Positions 32,898-42,949 of a stretch of DNA of 64,000 nucleotides are shown in pieces. A model generated the notes under the pieces. The model did no database searches. It was given only the letters and a program-made list of their open reading frames with translations, and was not told the DNA's origin. Location: contig JAWOEX010000035.1 in the NCBI GenBank assembly GCA_046482545.1, forward strand, positions 128,001-192,000, given 5' to 3'. Source of the stretch: Candidatus Thorarchaeota archaeon. GTDB taxonomy: Archaea > Asgardarchaeota > Thorarchaeia > Thorarchaeales > Thorarchaeaceae. Numbering within the stretch: position 1 is the first letter of the stretch; each line of letters begins with the position of its first letter. The position numbers and the translations under genes are program-made.

Positions 32898-34679
32898 CTA
32901 GATAATGGCTCCAGCGTCTCTTTTGACTTGGATAATTTCTTTCAAAACCTCAATTTCGGTGGGGCGGAGGTCTTCCTTAAAGTCCCGCATGATAGCGTAG
33001 ATGTGTTCAATAGGCACATCAGTATAGAGTACGTCGTCCTTCTTTACTTGGCGGCCAATTGTTGGCCCGCGAATGGATACAGCTACCTCCATTCCGTCAG
33101 TAGCCTCATCTATGGTAATGCTTCGGTCCTGTATCTGGAGAACCTTCCCCACCCGATTTCCCTCCGTATCTATCAATGCTGTTTTGGGTTTAAGCAAACC
33201 ATGCACTGTTACACCAACTATAGCTGGGCTACTCATCCTGAAAACGTAGTCAGGCATCAACTCAAGCTTGGCCGGTCTGATGATGGCCTCCAGTGATTCT
33301 GCCTTGGCTTGCTCTTCCTTCAGAATAGTCCACGCGTTGTACTCATCATACAGGCGATAGATTACATTATTCCTGAACACCTCAACCCCATACTCGGCTG
33401 CTAAATCTTCTATCCCTGGTGCGAAATCAACATTGAAACCAAGTATCACAGCGTTGAGTGGGTCCTTTTCACCTGCCGCCTTTGCCTCTATCACATCACG
33501 CTTCACTATCGGCCCAACATCGGCTATCCTTACTGATGCTTTTCGTTCCTGAAGGTACTGTGTCACAGCTTCTAATGAACCAAGAGTGTCCGCCTTCAGT
33601 ACTATTCCGGACTTATCAGTCTTGATTCTTATTTCACCTATCTCTTCTCGTACCCTCTTCTTGATCTCCTCGATAGACTCTTTGTTCTGAACACCATACA
33701 CAGGTGCGCCAGCTACTGCCTTCTCTACATCCGGGGCTACTATCTTCACACCCGCTGCAGCATGCACTTCTGATACATGGGCGAACTTCTCCTTGGGATC
33801 GCGAATCTCGTCGAGTTCCTTCGGCTGCAATAATGTACGAACCTTAGCGACCATCACATCGTCAAGGCCTCCAACTACCACTATATCTGATTCTCTCAAT
33901 ACGCCATCGTATATTATCGTGTCAAGGGTTAGTCCCAATCCAGTTTCTTCTCTTACTTCCAATATGGCTCCTTTCGCAGGCCCCTCACTTACTGTTAATC
34001 GCTCTTTCAAGTACTGTTGAGTCAATCCGGCAAGCACCATAAGCAGTTCCGGTATTCCCTCACCTGTTTCAGCACTTGTGGGTACGATTGCAACGCTCTT
34101 CTGGAAGCTCTTTACACGATCGAAACGTTCGGAGAGAATATCATTGGCGGAAAGAGCTCCCACTATTTCATAGATTCGCCTATCAATTTCTGATTGTGTC
34201 ACCTTGCTTTGCGATTTGATTGCCTTTATGAGGCTCATATCTGGTTTTGACTTCCAACCTGGTATTTTATCCAGCTTATTTGCTGCTACCAAAAATGGGG
34301 TTTTTCCGGAGCGGAGAATTCTCAATGATTCATAGGTTTGTGTCAGGGGGCCTTCTGTTATGTCAACAACGAGAATAGCGATATCTGCTATAGCCCCTCC
34401 CCTTCTCCGCAGATTCAGATATGCTTCGTGACCTGGGGTGTCGATGAAAAGCAGACCATCGATTGTGAGACGCCTTTCCAGACGCTGTAGCAAATCTCCA
34501 CACACTTGCTCGATTGTCTCTGTTGGGAAGAATGAAGCACCAATGTGTTGTGTAATCCCAGCAGCTTCCCTACTCTGGACTGCTGTCCCTCGCATCTTGT
34601 CCAAAAGCGACGTTTTCCCATGATCAATATGTCCTAGGAGTGTGACAATTGGCGAGCGCAATCTTGGATTCTGTGACAT
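32898..34679 (-). CDS. infB: Translation initiation factor aIF5B (IF-2)
   Basis: LRSPIVTLLGHIDHGKT, GITQHIGA, DTPGH, NKLD. Confidence 0.98.
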   Translation of the reverse strand: MSQNPRLRSPIVTLLGHIDHGKTSLLDKMRGTAVQSREAAGITQHIGASFFPTETIEQVCGDLLQRLERRLTIDGLLFIDTPGHEAYLNLRRRGGAIADIAILVVDITEGPLTQTYESLRILRSGKTPFLVAANKLDKIPGWKSKPDMSLIKAIKSQSKVTQSEIDRRIYEIVGALSANDILSERFDRVKSFQKSVAIVPTSAETGEGIPELLMVLAGLTQQYLKERLTVSEGPAKGAILEVREETGLGLTLDTIIYDGVLRESDIVVVGGLDDVMVAKVRTLLQPKELDEIRDPKEKFAHVSEVHAAAGVKIVAPDVEKAVAGAPVYGVQNKESIEEIKKRVREEIGEIRIKTDKSGIVLKADTLGSLEAVTQYLQERKASVRIADVGPIVKRDVIEAKAAGEKDPLNAVILGFNVDFAPGIEDLAAEYGVEVFRNNVIYRLYDEYNAWTILKEEQAKAESLEAIIRPAKLELMPDYVFRMSSPAIVGVTVHGLLKPKTALIDTEGNRVGKVLQIQDRSITIDEATDGMEVAVSIRGPTIGRQVKKDDVLYTDVPIEHIYAIMRDFKEDLRPTEIEVLKEIIQVKRDAGAII

Positions 34680-34837
34680 TGGTGCGCACCTCACAACTAG
34701 CTAAAGAATGCCTTCAATGTTTGCTTTTGAAATTGTCGTTAGTAGTGGTTAGATTATGATTTGTGTGGTTGTCATAACCCTAAAATACGGTACTCTCTGT
34801 CGGTCTCAAATACGTACGGTCAGGATTGAAGGTCAAT

Positions 34838-35494
34838 ATGGAACGTTCGTTGGTATTAATCAAACCGGATGGAACTGTTAGGCGGGCTGCTGGTGCCGCA
34901 GTACTTGAGAGGCTCCTCAACAAGGGCTATAACATCAAAGCATTCAAGGAGATGAAGGTTCCAGAATCTCTGGCAAAAGCCCATTATGCTATCCATAGTA
35001 AGAAACCATTCTTCCCTTGGCTTGTTGACTTCATTACCTCTGCGCCCATTTTGACTATGATTTTAGAAGGTGAGAATGCGATTCAGGGCATTCGAGACGA
35101 ACTAGGGGCCACCTTTGTACAAGAAGCCGATGCAGATAGCCTACGGGGGAAATACGGCATTTGGGCTGGAATTAATCTCGCTCATGCTTCCGATAGCCCA
35201 GAAACAGCTGAAAACGAGATTGAGCTATGGAAAGAACAAGGTGGATTAACAGAATCGGAAGAAGCTCAACAGAAGGCGTTGAACTATATCGAGAAATACG
35301 ATTCTATGGATGAGCATACAACTAGTCTCCGAAATGTAGTGAAGAATGCAATAGAGAATGGAGAAGTCTCAGCCGAACTTACGACTGTCATCGAGCGCAT
35401 TCTCACGAAAGATGCCAAAAATATTGCCAAAAGCGATATTCAGGCTTTGAGCGTTACAATCCACGATTTAATACTTGAAGAAGTAGAGAAATAG
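34838..35494 (+). CDS. ndk: Nucleoside-diphosphate kinase with a C-terminal extension
   Basis: ERSLVLIKPDG, KPFFPWL, SLRGKYG, NLAHASDS. Confidence 0.92.
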   Translation: MERSLVLIKPDGTVRRAAGAAVLERLLNKGYNIKAFKEMKVPESLAKAHYAIHSKKPFFPWLVDFITSAPILTMILEGENAIQGIRDELGATFVQEADADSLRGKYGIWAGINLAHASDSPETAENEIELWKEQGGLTESEEAQQKALNYIEKYDSMDEHTTSLRNVVKNAIENGEVSAELTTVIERILTKDAKNIAKSDIQALSVTIHDLILEEVEK

Positions 35495-35513
35495 AATCCC
35501 GGAGTGGCACTTG

Positions 35514-35714
35514 TCACTCCTCAGCCTTTTTACCCTTTTCAAACTCATTGGTCCACTTTGTTACTCTGGGCTTCATTCCTTTTTTCAACATGCTTACCTT
35601 GCATTTCTTTGAACAGAACCAAAGAAGGGTTCCATCTTTTGTTCTGACATATGCGGATCCCGTTCCTGGTTCAATATCTTTTCCGCAAAAGATACACTTC
35701 TTGGTACCAACCAA
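35514..35714 (-). CDS. rpl24e: 50S ribosomal protein L24e
   Basis: CIFCG.DIEPGTG...FCSKKC...KWT. Confidence 0.96.
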   Translation of the reverse strand: MVGTKKCIFCGKDIEPGTGSAYVRTKDGTLLWFCSKKCKVSMLKKGMKPRVTKWTNEFEKGKKAEE

Positions 35715-35716
35715 AC

Positions 35717-35944
35717 TTAACGCCTCCTCATCTTGCGGGCTTCCCGTTCTGTTTCTCGCAGAATAAGTATATCTCCTTGCCTAACAGGACCCTTTACATT
35801 CCGTGTCAATACTCGCCCCTTGTCCCGCCCCTCCAGTATCTTTACGCGAACTTGGGTTATCTCCCCGGTGACTCCTGTTCGTCCCAGTAGCTGTATGACT
35901 TCAGCCGGTATGGCTGGAGTACTGTTGTCTTTGTCATTACTCAT
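35717..35944 (-). CDS. rps28e: 30S ribosomal protein S28e
   Basis: [31 protein letters not shown]. Confidence 0.97.
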   Translation of the reverse strand: MSNDKDNSTPAIPAEVIQLLGRTGVTGEITQVRVKILEGRDKGRVLTRNVKGPVRQGDILILRETEREARKMRRR

Positions 35945-35971
35945 TTGAACCTATCACCTGAAATAACAGTT

Positions 35972-36343
35972 CTATTTACGGAGTGCAGCTATTTTATCTA
36001 CAATATCCGATACTAAATCCTTCGCTTTCCCTTCGACAAGAATTGAAGCAGCAGAAGTGGGTCTCTCGATACCAGCTGCTTCGCCAAGATTGTTCTTGCT
36101 ATTGACAAATATGTACGGGACTTTCTTATCATCACAAAGGCCGGGTAGGAACATAATGATTTCTGGTGGATCGACATCTTCAGCAATCAGAACCAGTTTA
36201 GCTATCGCTCGTTCCACAGTCTTGGTTGTCTCATTCACACCCTTCTTAATTCGGCCAGTCTCTCTAGCTATTTCTAGGGCTTCTAGTGCTCTCTTTTCAA
36301 TTTCTTCAGTTGCTTCCCATTCAACAAAACTTGGTTTTGGCAT
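35972..36343 (-). CDS. rpl7ae: 50S ribosomal protein L7Ae
   Basis: KKGVNETTK, IAEDVDPPEI. Confidence 0.97.
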   Translation of the reverse strand: MPKPSFVEWEATEEIEKRALEALEIARETGRIKKGVNETTKTVERAIAKLVLIAEDVDPPEIIMFLPGLCDDKKVPYIFVNSKNNLGEAAGIERPTSAASILVEGKAKDLVSDIVDKIAALRK

Positions 36344-36448
36344 TATTTCATACCTCTGTTTTCACTTCATTGGCATTGTGTGCTTAATGATAGGCGGGCT
36401 CTAATTGGCCTGCTGTCAACTTCTTTTAAAAGTGTCGAAGCATGATAG

Positions 36449-37444
36449 CTAGCAGTATGCTAGCTCCTTCAACGCGCATCTGATTTGACTATTTTGTGTA
36501 TTTAGATGTTCCAGTATGGAATATCTTCCCCGCTTTTTCATAATCCGCTGTGCGTGATGGATGTCATCTAGAAGAAGATTCATGCTTAGATTCAACTCTT
36601 CAAGCGTGGATGGAAGACCATTTTCTTTCAAGAATCTCTGTACTTGTATAGCATCATATTTGGTATATCCTGTTCTCTCAAGGAAGTGGATATTCAACGG
36701 GGTTGCAAATGCTACTTGGAGGCCATGCAGCGTGTGTTTTCGCCTATCCATTGCATGAGAAATGGCATGCTCCGTACCTGAACATGGCCTTGAACTGTCG
36801 AACATACTCATCGCTTTCCCGCACTGCACCTCCGCCCTTACCAAACTCTCTGTATCCGTATTTTCCATGATGAGGTGGAGTGCCTTGTCAACTGTAGCGT
36901 ATATTTCCTCATCGAAATCCTCAATACTCTCTTCGCTTGCAAGCCTCCATTCTGGAAGACTAGAAGCTTTACTGACAATATCTCCTAGACCTGCCAGTCT
37001 CAGTTTTGCCGGTGCTTCATCAATGATTGAAAGGTCAGCTATCACTACCCTAGGGGCTTTACATTTCTTTGAATAACGATACCCATTTTGTATAATCGAT
37101 GCTACATTACTTGCAATGCCATCATGTGAAGCAGCAGTAGGGACCGATATCCAATCTAACCCACTGTCCTTCGCCATGAGTTTGGCCACATCGATGCTCC
37201 TTCCCCCTCCAAATCCAATTATAATGTCCTGATTGGTGAGATCTTGCTGCTCCCCAGCATGATAATCTCCTGCCAACTGCCAAACCATCTCTTTTCCTGT
37301 ATGCTTCAGCAATTGCTGTTGATAATGTGAGAAGATATACTCGTCAGTAGCCACAATAGGGTGCTCATAATCGCTAAGGATGCTACCTAATCTTCTTAGG
37401 GCTCCTTCTGCTATTATGACCTCCTTGGACACTATAGGTGACAT
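36449..37444 (-). CDS. egsA: sn-glycerol-1-phosphate dehydrogenase
   Basis: GGGRSIDVAK, PTAASHDGIAS, SRPCSGTEH.ISH, LHGLQV. Confidence 0.92.
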   Translation of the reverse strand: MSPIVSKEVIIAEGALRRLGSILSDYEHPIVATDEYIFSHYQQQLLKHTGKEMVWQLAGDYHAGEQQDLTNQDIIIGFGGGRSIDVAKLMAKDSGLDWISVPTAASHDGIASNVASIIQNGYRYSKKCKAPRVVIADLSIIDEAPAKLRLAGLGDIVSKASSLPEWRLASEESIEDFDEEIYATVDKALHLIMENTDTESLVRAEVQCGKAMSMFDSSRPCSGTEHAISHAMDRRKHTLHGLQVAFATPLNIHFLERTGYTKYDAIQVQRFLKENGLPSTLEELNLSMNLLLDDIHHAQRIMKKRGRYSILEHLNTQNSQIRCALKELAYC

Positions 37445-37646
37445 GATATCTACTCCCGGGTTCACATTTGTCCTGCTTGTTAAGCTCTTCTATGACGCAC
37501 GAAATCTAGTATCCACAATCTGTCTTTTCGCTATTCTTAAGTACCGGCCAAGAACGCCACCATTCAACCACGAGTCAGTGTTATCTGTGAAACACATCAG
37601 CTGATATGTCTGAGGTCGAACAGAGAGAATACCGGAGTATATCTGT

Positions 37647-38147
37647 ATGACACGATATGTCAAGGTAGCATTAATGGGATCCGGATACGCGGGTAAATCA
37701 ACTCTTATTCGGCTTCTTACCGATAACAATACGCAGAAATTGGACTCCAACTACAAACCTACCGCCGGCATGGACTGTGGCACAATCACTCTTGACAGCA
37801 CTACAAAAGTAACCTTAGTTGAAATGGGTGGCCAAAAACATTTCGAGTTTATGTGGCCGGAATTTATGCAAGGGAGTCGGCTTGTCGTCGTTGTTACAGA
37901 GAGTAATCCAAAAGCAGTATTGAAAACGAGGCAGTTGTTACACAAATACAATGATTTACTCTGCGATAAGCAGGTCATAGCAATAGCAAACAAACAAGAC
38001 CTTCCGGATGCTATGCGACCAGAGTCAGTAGAAGATTTACTCGATGTTCCAACGTATGGAATGGTAGCAATCGATCCGAAACAAAGGCTGCACGGTTACA
38101 AATTGCTCGTTCGCGGTCTAAAAGGCATGGTCCAGATTGCTGCATGA
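37647..38147 (+). CDS. Small Ras/Arf-superfamily GTPase
   Basis: GSGYAGKST, PT (G2), EMGGQ (G3), NKQD (G4). Confidence 0.9.
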   Translation: MTRYVKVALMGSGYAGKSTLIRLLTDNNTQKLDSNYKPTAGMDCGTITLDSTTKVTLVEMGGQKHFEFMWPEFMQGSRLVVVVTESNPKAVLKTRQLLHKYNDLLCDKQVIAIANKQDLPDAMRPESVEDLLDVPTYGMVAIDPKQRLHGYKLLVRGLKGMVQIAA

Positions 38148-38328
38148 GCGTAGAAACGATATCTGATTCCCTCTCAATTCGCCTTAGGACAATCCTTTTA
38201 TATATCTCAATTCGAGGCAACACTACCCAGGACACGGGCGAGTGAGCCGTTGATTACTCAACGAATTCGGCGAGTCCGTCCGGGATGTTGTCTTTTGGGT
38301 AGCAATTTCACCACGGCAAGGTGTAATA

Positions 38329-39129
38329 ATGGAACTTACGATAATCGACAAGCAGCCGGATAAGATTCAGTTCCTAGTCGAAGGCACAAGTGCTGCATTC
38401 GCTAATGCATTGCGACGAACCATGCTCATGAGAGTCCCAGCCATGGCGATAGACGAGGTGCTCATTCTCGAGAATACAAGTGTAATGTACGACGAGATGC
38501 TTGCACATCGTTTGGGCCTTGTTCCCCTAGTCACGGATTTGGAGGCCTATAACCTTCCGGAAGAATGTGATTGCGAGGGGAAGGGTTGTAGTCTTTGTCA
38601 ATGCACTCTGACTCTTGAAAAAGAGGCTGTAGACGAAGAGATGATGATTTATTCTGGTGACCTTTCATCTCAGGATCTAGAAGTGGTTCCTGCATCTGAT
38701 GATATTCCACTTGTGAAGATTGCACCAAATCAGCGGTTGATTATTGAAGCATATGCGCGACTGGGCATGGGGCAAGAGAATGCAAAATTCCAGCCTGTTG
38801 CTACGGTTGCGTACAAGTATGTTCCTGTGGTTAGTGTGGACAAGTCAAAGTGTGAGATGTGTGGAGATTGCGTAGATATCTGTCCAAAGAACATCCTTGT
38901 CATTGAAGATGACACAATTGCTACGCAGAATACACTTGACTGCAGTCTTTGTGAAGCTTGCATGAAGGTCTGTGAACCTGATGCAATACGAATTGAATCA
39001 AAGAGCGGCAGCTTCCTATTTACGGTTGAGTCTTCGGGTGCTCTACCACCCGAGAAGATTATCGAAGCTGCGACTGACATACTGAAAGAAAGAATAGGTG
39101 TCGCTCTTGACTACGCCAATTCATTATGA
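38329..39129 (+). CDS. rpoD: RNA polymerase subunit D (Rpo3) with a ferredoxin-like domain
   Basis: FANALRR, LAHRLGLVPL; two CxxCxxCxxxC motifs. Confidence 0.97.
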   Translation: MELTIIDKQPDKIQFLVEGTSAAFANALRRTMLMRVPAMAIDEVLILENTSVMYDEMLAHRLGLVPLVTDLEAYNLPEECDCEGKGCSLCQCTLTLEKEAVDEEMMIYSGDLSSQDLEVVPASDDIPLVKIAPNQRLIIEAYARLGMGQENAKFQPVATVAYKYVPVVSVDKSKCEMCGDCVDICPKNILVIEDDTIATQNTLDCSLCEACMKVCEPDAIRIESKSGSFLFTVESSGALPPEKIIEAATDILKERIGVALDYANSL

Positions 39130-39140
39130 GGCGATTATCT

Positions 39141-39503
39141 ATGGTACGAACTGGACCGACTAATCCGAATACACGTGCACTCATCAATTCACTAAAGAAG
39201 ACCTCGACGAAGCATGATGTAGGGATATGGAAAAGAGTAGCAGAATTAGTATCCCGCCCAGCAAGGAAGCGCCCAGTTGTCAATATTGGCAAAATAAATC
39301 GCCATACCGAAGAAGGCGATATTGTGGTCATCCCAGGGAAGGTCCTAGGGTCTGGCGTGCTCGGGCATAAGGTAACCATAGCCGCTCTCAATACTTCGAA
39401 GAGTGCCGCATCACTCATCACAGGAGCTGGAGCAACCCTCATCACAATCGAAGAGCTGCTAGAGAACAATCCGAATGGATCCGATATCATTGTATTGACA
39501 TAG
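39141..39503 (+). CDS. rpl18e: 50S ribosomal protein L18e
   Basis: PTNP, VNIGKINR, PGKVLGSG. Confidence 0.96.
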   Translation: MVRTGPTNPNTRALINSLKKTSTKHDVGIWKRVAELVSRPARKRPVVNIGKINRHTEEGDIVVIPGKVLGSGVLGHKVTIAALNTSKSAASLITGAGATLITIEELLENNPNGSDIIVLT

Positions 39504-39510
39504 GAGATTA

Positions 39511-39963
39511 ATGATTATGAGTTCAGTCAAAATTTACAACGCGGATCACATGGTTGTCGGGAGATTAGCTTCGAAGGTAGCAAAGGCAGCCTTAATGGGT
39601 GAAGAGATAGTTATAGTTAATGCTGAGAAAGCGGTAATAACGGGAAACAGAGAATCTGTTATTCGTGCTTTCAAAGACAAACACAAAATCAAGACCTCGT
39701 ATAATCCTAAAAGAGGGCCATTTCATCATCGGCGCCCTGATAAACTGGTACGGCAAGTTATTCGTGGTATGCTTCCTTGGCCAAAGCCACGAGGAAAGCA
39801 AGCATTCAAACGAATCAAAGTATTCATTGGCGTACCCCGAAAATATGAAGAAAAGGAGAAGATTGTACTGGAAAGCTCGCGCTATGACAGCCTCAGAAGG
39901 CGATATATAACGGTCGGAGATTTGAGTCAGGAGTTAGGCTGGCGTAATATGGAGGTCGTATAG
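39511..39963 (+). CDS. rpl13: 50S ribosomal protein L13 (uL13)
   Basis: GRLASKVAK, NAEKAVITG, IRGMLP. Confidence 0.96.
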   Translation: MIMSSVKIYNADHMVVGRLASKVAKAALMGEEIVIVNAEKAVITGNRESVIRAFKDKHKIKTSYNPKRGPFHHRRPDKLVRQVIRGMLPWPKPRGKQAFKRIKVFIGVPRKYEEKEKIVLESSRYDSLRRRYITVGDLSQELGWRNMEVV

Positions 39964-39964
39964 A

Positions 39965-40363
39965 ATGCGTGTTGTTGTAACTGCTGGTAAGCGTAAGACA
40001 GCTATTGCAAAAGCAACAGTCAAAGATGGTAAAGGTAGAATCCGAATAAATGGCACACCCTTGCCCATCTACGAGCCGGAGGTTGCCAGACTTAGGATGA
40101 TGGAACCATTGCTTCTATTCGGCGATGGCTGGAGGAATTATGATGTCCGAGTACGTGTTAGCGGGGGTGGCTTCATGGGTCAAGCTGATGCTGTACGGAT
40201 GGCAATAGCCACCGGACTTGTACGAATGAGTCAGAATTTCGAAGCTCGCTCTCGGATGATTGAACATGACAGAACGATGATTGTAGGTGATCCTAGACGG
40301 ACTGAACCAAAGAAGTTTGGTGGCCCATCAGCTCGGAGTAGGTATCAGAAATCATACAGGTGA
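39965..40363 (+). CDS. rps9: 30S ribosomal protein S9 (uS9)
   Basis: [30 protein letters not shown]. Confidence 0.97.
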   Translation: MRVVVTAGKRKTAIAKATVKDGKGRIRINGTPLPIYEPEVARLRMMEPLLLFGDGWRNYDVRVRVSGGGFMGQADAVRMAIATGLVRMSQNFEARSRMIEHDRTMIVGDPRRTEPKKFGGPSARSRYQKSYR

Positions 40364-40371
40364 TATGCACG

Positions 40372-40584
40372 ATGATTATTCCCGTACGTTGCTTTACATG
40401 TGGAAAAGTAGTAGCTGATAAATACGAAGAGTTTAGGCGCAGAGTCAGACAAGGTGAAGATCCAGCGCAAGTGCTAGATGACCTAGGTCTCGAACGTTAC
40501 TGCTGCCGGCGAATGCTTCTCTCACATATTGATGTAATTGACAGCTTCATGGCTTTCGCCACAACCGAAGCGGAGAGTGCATAG
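40372..40584 (+). CDS. rpoN: RNA polymerase subunit N (Rpo10)
   Basis: [11 protein letters not shown]...RYCCRRM. Confidence 0.97.
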   Translation: MIIPVRCFTCGKVVADKYEEFRRRVRQGEDPAQVLDDLGLERYCCRRMLLSHIDVIDSFMAFATTEAESA

Positions 40585-40585
40585 A

Positions 40586-41245
40586 ATGAGCGAGGAAGAT
40601 GTAGCTTCGATAGATGTAACTGAAGTAGATTTGCTAACCTCTATGGACAAATACCTAGCTGCAGGCTGTCACATCGGAACACAGGTTAAGACCCAAGACA
40701 TGGAACCATTTGTCTATAGACAGCGTCCTATAGGGCTTTTTGTTCTTGATGTTCGTAAGACCGACGAAAGAATTAGGACCGCAGCCAAATTCATCTCTCG
40801 CTTCGAGGCTGAGAAAGTAGCTGTAGTCTCGGGGCGTGTTTACGGGAAACAACCAGTACAAACCTTCTCGTATTACATTGGGAGTCGTGAGTTTACTGAT
40901 AGGTTTGTGCCGGGCACGTTTACAAATCCAAACATTGCGACTGGCCCTCTAGAATATGTAGAACCCGAAGCAATAATCTTGACGGATCCTAGGACTGATA
41001 GACAAGCCCTTGATGAGGCCGGTAGAATCGGTGTACCCGTTATTGCACTCTGCGACACTGACAACTATACCCGCCATTTAGACTTCGTTATTCCCTGCAA
41101 CAATCGTGGGCGGAAGTCGCTTGCCCTAGTGTACTTCTTACTAACACGACAAGTACTACGAGAACGCGGAGACATACCACGCGATGAAGAAGTTATCTTC
41201 TCACCAGAGGACTTCGAACCAGAAATTCGAACTGCTTTTCTCTAG
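40586..41245 (+). CDS. rps2: 30S ribosomal protein S2 (uS2)
   Basis: YLAAGCHIGT, RFVPGTFTNP, IPCNNRGRKS. Confidence 0.97.
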   Translation: MSEEDVASIDVTEVDLLTSMDKYLAAGCHIGTQVKTQDMEPFVYRQRPIGLFVLDVRKTDERIRTAAKFISRFEAEKVAVVSGRVYGKQPVQTFSYYIGSREFTDRFVPGTFTNPNIATGPLEYVEPEAIILTDPRTDRQALDEAGRIGVPVIALCDTDNYTRHLDFVIPCNNRGRKSLALVYFLLTRQVLRERGDIPRDEEVIFSPEDFEPEIRTAFL

Positions 41246-41370
41246 TCGAACAACAGATATGCATTGCTGAACGCAAGAGAATTCAGATGATTGGTGTCAG
41301 ATTCTGCCCTCTGACACCACTTCCCTCATTAGGTTTTTACACGATTTTCCAGTCATGCAAGACTCTTTTG

Positions 41371-41763
41371 CTACTCTGAAAGTACAATAGTTCCTTCGTC
41401 AGCATCCACTTTCACTTTTTGTCCGGTCTCGATAGAGCTCGCATCGATTTGGTCAATAGCAGGAATTTCTGATATGATACAGCCCACGGCTACAACAGGA
41501 TCGGTAGATTCATTGATTATGGCTCGAGGCGCCATATTGGCTTTCTTCAACGAATAGAGCACATATGACCCCACTGTAGATCCTTTTCCTGTTGGGAAAA
41601 CAAGTACTTTCCCTGCAACAGATTTTCCCTCGAGTTCGTGTCCTTTCTCGACCACTACACCTGTATCTGGATCGACACCGCCATAGAAGCTGATGTCGTC
41701 ACTGGTTACGAGTGCTTCGCCCTCAGCCTTGCCCTTGAATATTTTCCTTCCTTGCAGTTTCAT
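41371..41763 (-). CDS. Aconitase X swivel subunit (DUF126) / phosphomevalonate dehydratase small subunit
   Basis: ISFYGGVDP.TG, GKGSTVGSY. Confidence 0.9.
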   Translation of the reverse strand: MKLQGRKIFKGKAEGEALVTSDDISFYGGVDPDTGVVVEKGHELEGKSVAGKVLVFPTGKGSTVGSYVLYSLKKANMAPRAIINESTDPVVAVGCIISEIPAIDQIDASSIETGQKVKVDADEGTIVLSE

Positions 41764-42947
41764 TCTACCGCCTCCTGAATGCATTCTTCTACTTTTCTTA
41801 TTTCTGTCTTGAAGTTGTTCTTGCCCCGGGCATAGAAACAGGCCTTTGCTGAGTCTGTCATCAATCCCTTGAAACGTCCCTTTAGTGGTGCAACTGCACA
41901 GCACGCATCACTAACAAGAAATGCTCCTGCTTCCTCTATTGTATCATAGTACCCCATTTTCGTTGCGAGGTCTTTGGTTGGCTTGGCTGTTGTAATCCAC
42001 ACGGTCTTGCTGTCTGCGATTTTTTTCCCATCAAGCAATTCCGCAACTTTCTCAATTTCCTTGATGCTGGCATGTGGGCAGCCTATACTAATAAAATCGA
42101 TTTTAGCATCTGCGTCATCCAGTTGTGCTCTTGCCTCAGCCATATCCTCCTCGGTAACAACTTCGGTACGGGTTGGAATCGTTGTTCTGTTGGGTGTGAT
42201 CCCTTCCATATGGAATAGTGCTATTCCGCCAAAAGTTGCAATTGATGCACAGAAAGACTTGAGTTTTTCAGTAGTTGCGTTATCTATTCCCGTAATGTAC
42301 GGTATCTCCTTTCTTGTCCTCTTCCCTATTACTTCACCCAGCAGACCAAAATCATCAGTGTATTCGATTTCTGCTTGGATTTCGTATTTTACTTCAGCCT
42401 GTCTATTCTCATCTAAATGGAACCCGTATTCAGCTGTTCTGCCAGTAAGCGCAGCAGCTAAAGCACTAGGTCCCCCTTCCCTATTTGTTCGAGCACCGAT
42501 GACAGAGTTTGCAAAGCACACGGCTGATGATTCTGCCCAAGCTATGTGCTCCCCGTAGTGAGGTAGGTTTCCAATCAGGTATGGTGTGCATGTGCACGTA
42601 GTCACTACACCCATTCGTGAGAACGCCTCTACAACTCTTTGCTGATTTTCAGCAAAATCAGGGGCGATACCGTGTTTCTTCCATTCATCCAAATCCATCC
42701 CAGCAGGGTTCAGCGTAGTAAGAACCCTCGTCTTACCATCTTCCGCCATTTCAGCCAAGTATTCCAAACCAGCTTCTCCTAGGTTGTGATATGAAACACC
42801 AGCAATTTGCACACTGGATACAGGGATAAGCCTCTCGGCCCCATATATTTCGCCAAGCGTGGTAATGATTTGCATGGCTTTCTGGGTGGCATTCCCATAT
42901 TCTCCAGCAAGCATTTCTTCTTCTTGTTCTGTTAGTGCTAGTCCCAT
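41760..42947 (-). CDS. Aconitase X catalytic subunit (DUF521) / phosphomevalonate dehydratase large subunit
   Basis: TCTPY, AWAESSAV, IGCPH, TDSAKA. Confidence 0.9.
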   Translation of the reverse strand: MGLALTEQEEEMLAGEYGNATQKAMQIITTLGEIYGAERLIPVSSVQIAGVSYHNLGEAGLEYLAEMAEDGKTRVLTTLNPAGMDLDEWKKHGIAPDFAENQQRVVEAFSRMGVVTTCTCTPYLIGNLPHYGEHIAWAESSAVCFANSVIGARTNREGGPSALAAALTGRTAEYGFHLDENRQAEVKYEIQAEIEYTDDFGLLGEVIGKRTRKEIPYITGIDNATTEKLKSFCASIATFGGIALFHMEGITPNRTTIPTRTEVVTEEDMAEARAQLDDADAKIDFISIGCPHASIKEIEKVAELLDGKKIADSKTVWITTAKPTKDLATKMGYYDTIEEAGAFLVSDACCAVAPLKGRFKGLMTDSAKACFYARGKNNFKTEIRKVEECIQEAVE

Positions 42948-42949
42948 TA

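Noticed and set aside
38820-39000. Ferredoxin-like Fe-S domain in Rpo3 as a novelty
   Set aside because: This is a known feature of many archaeal RNA polymerase D subunits
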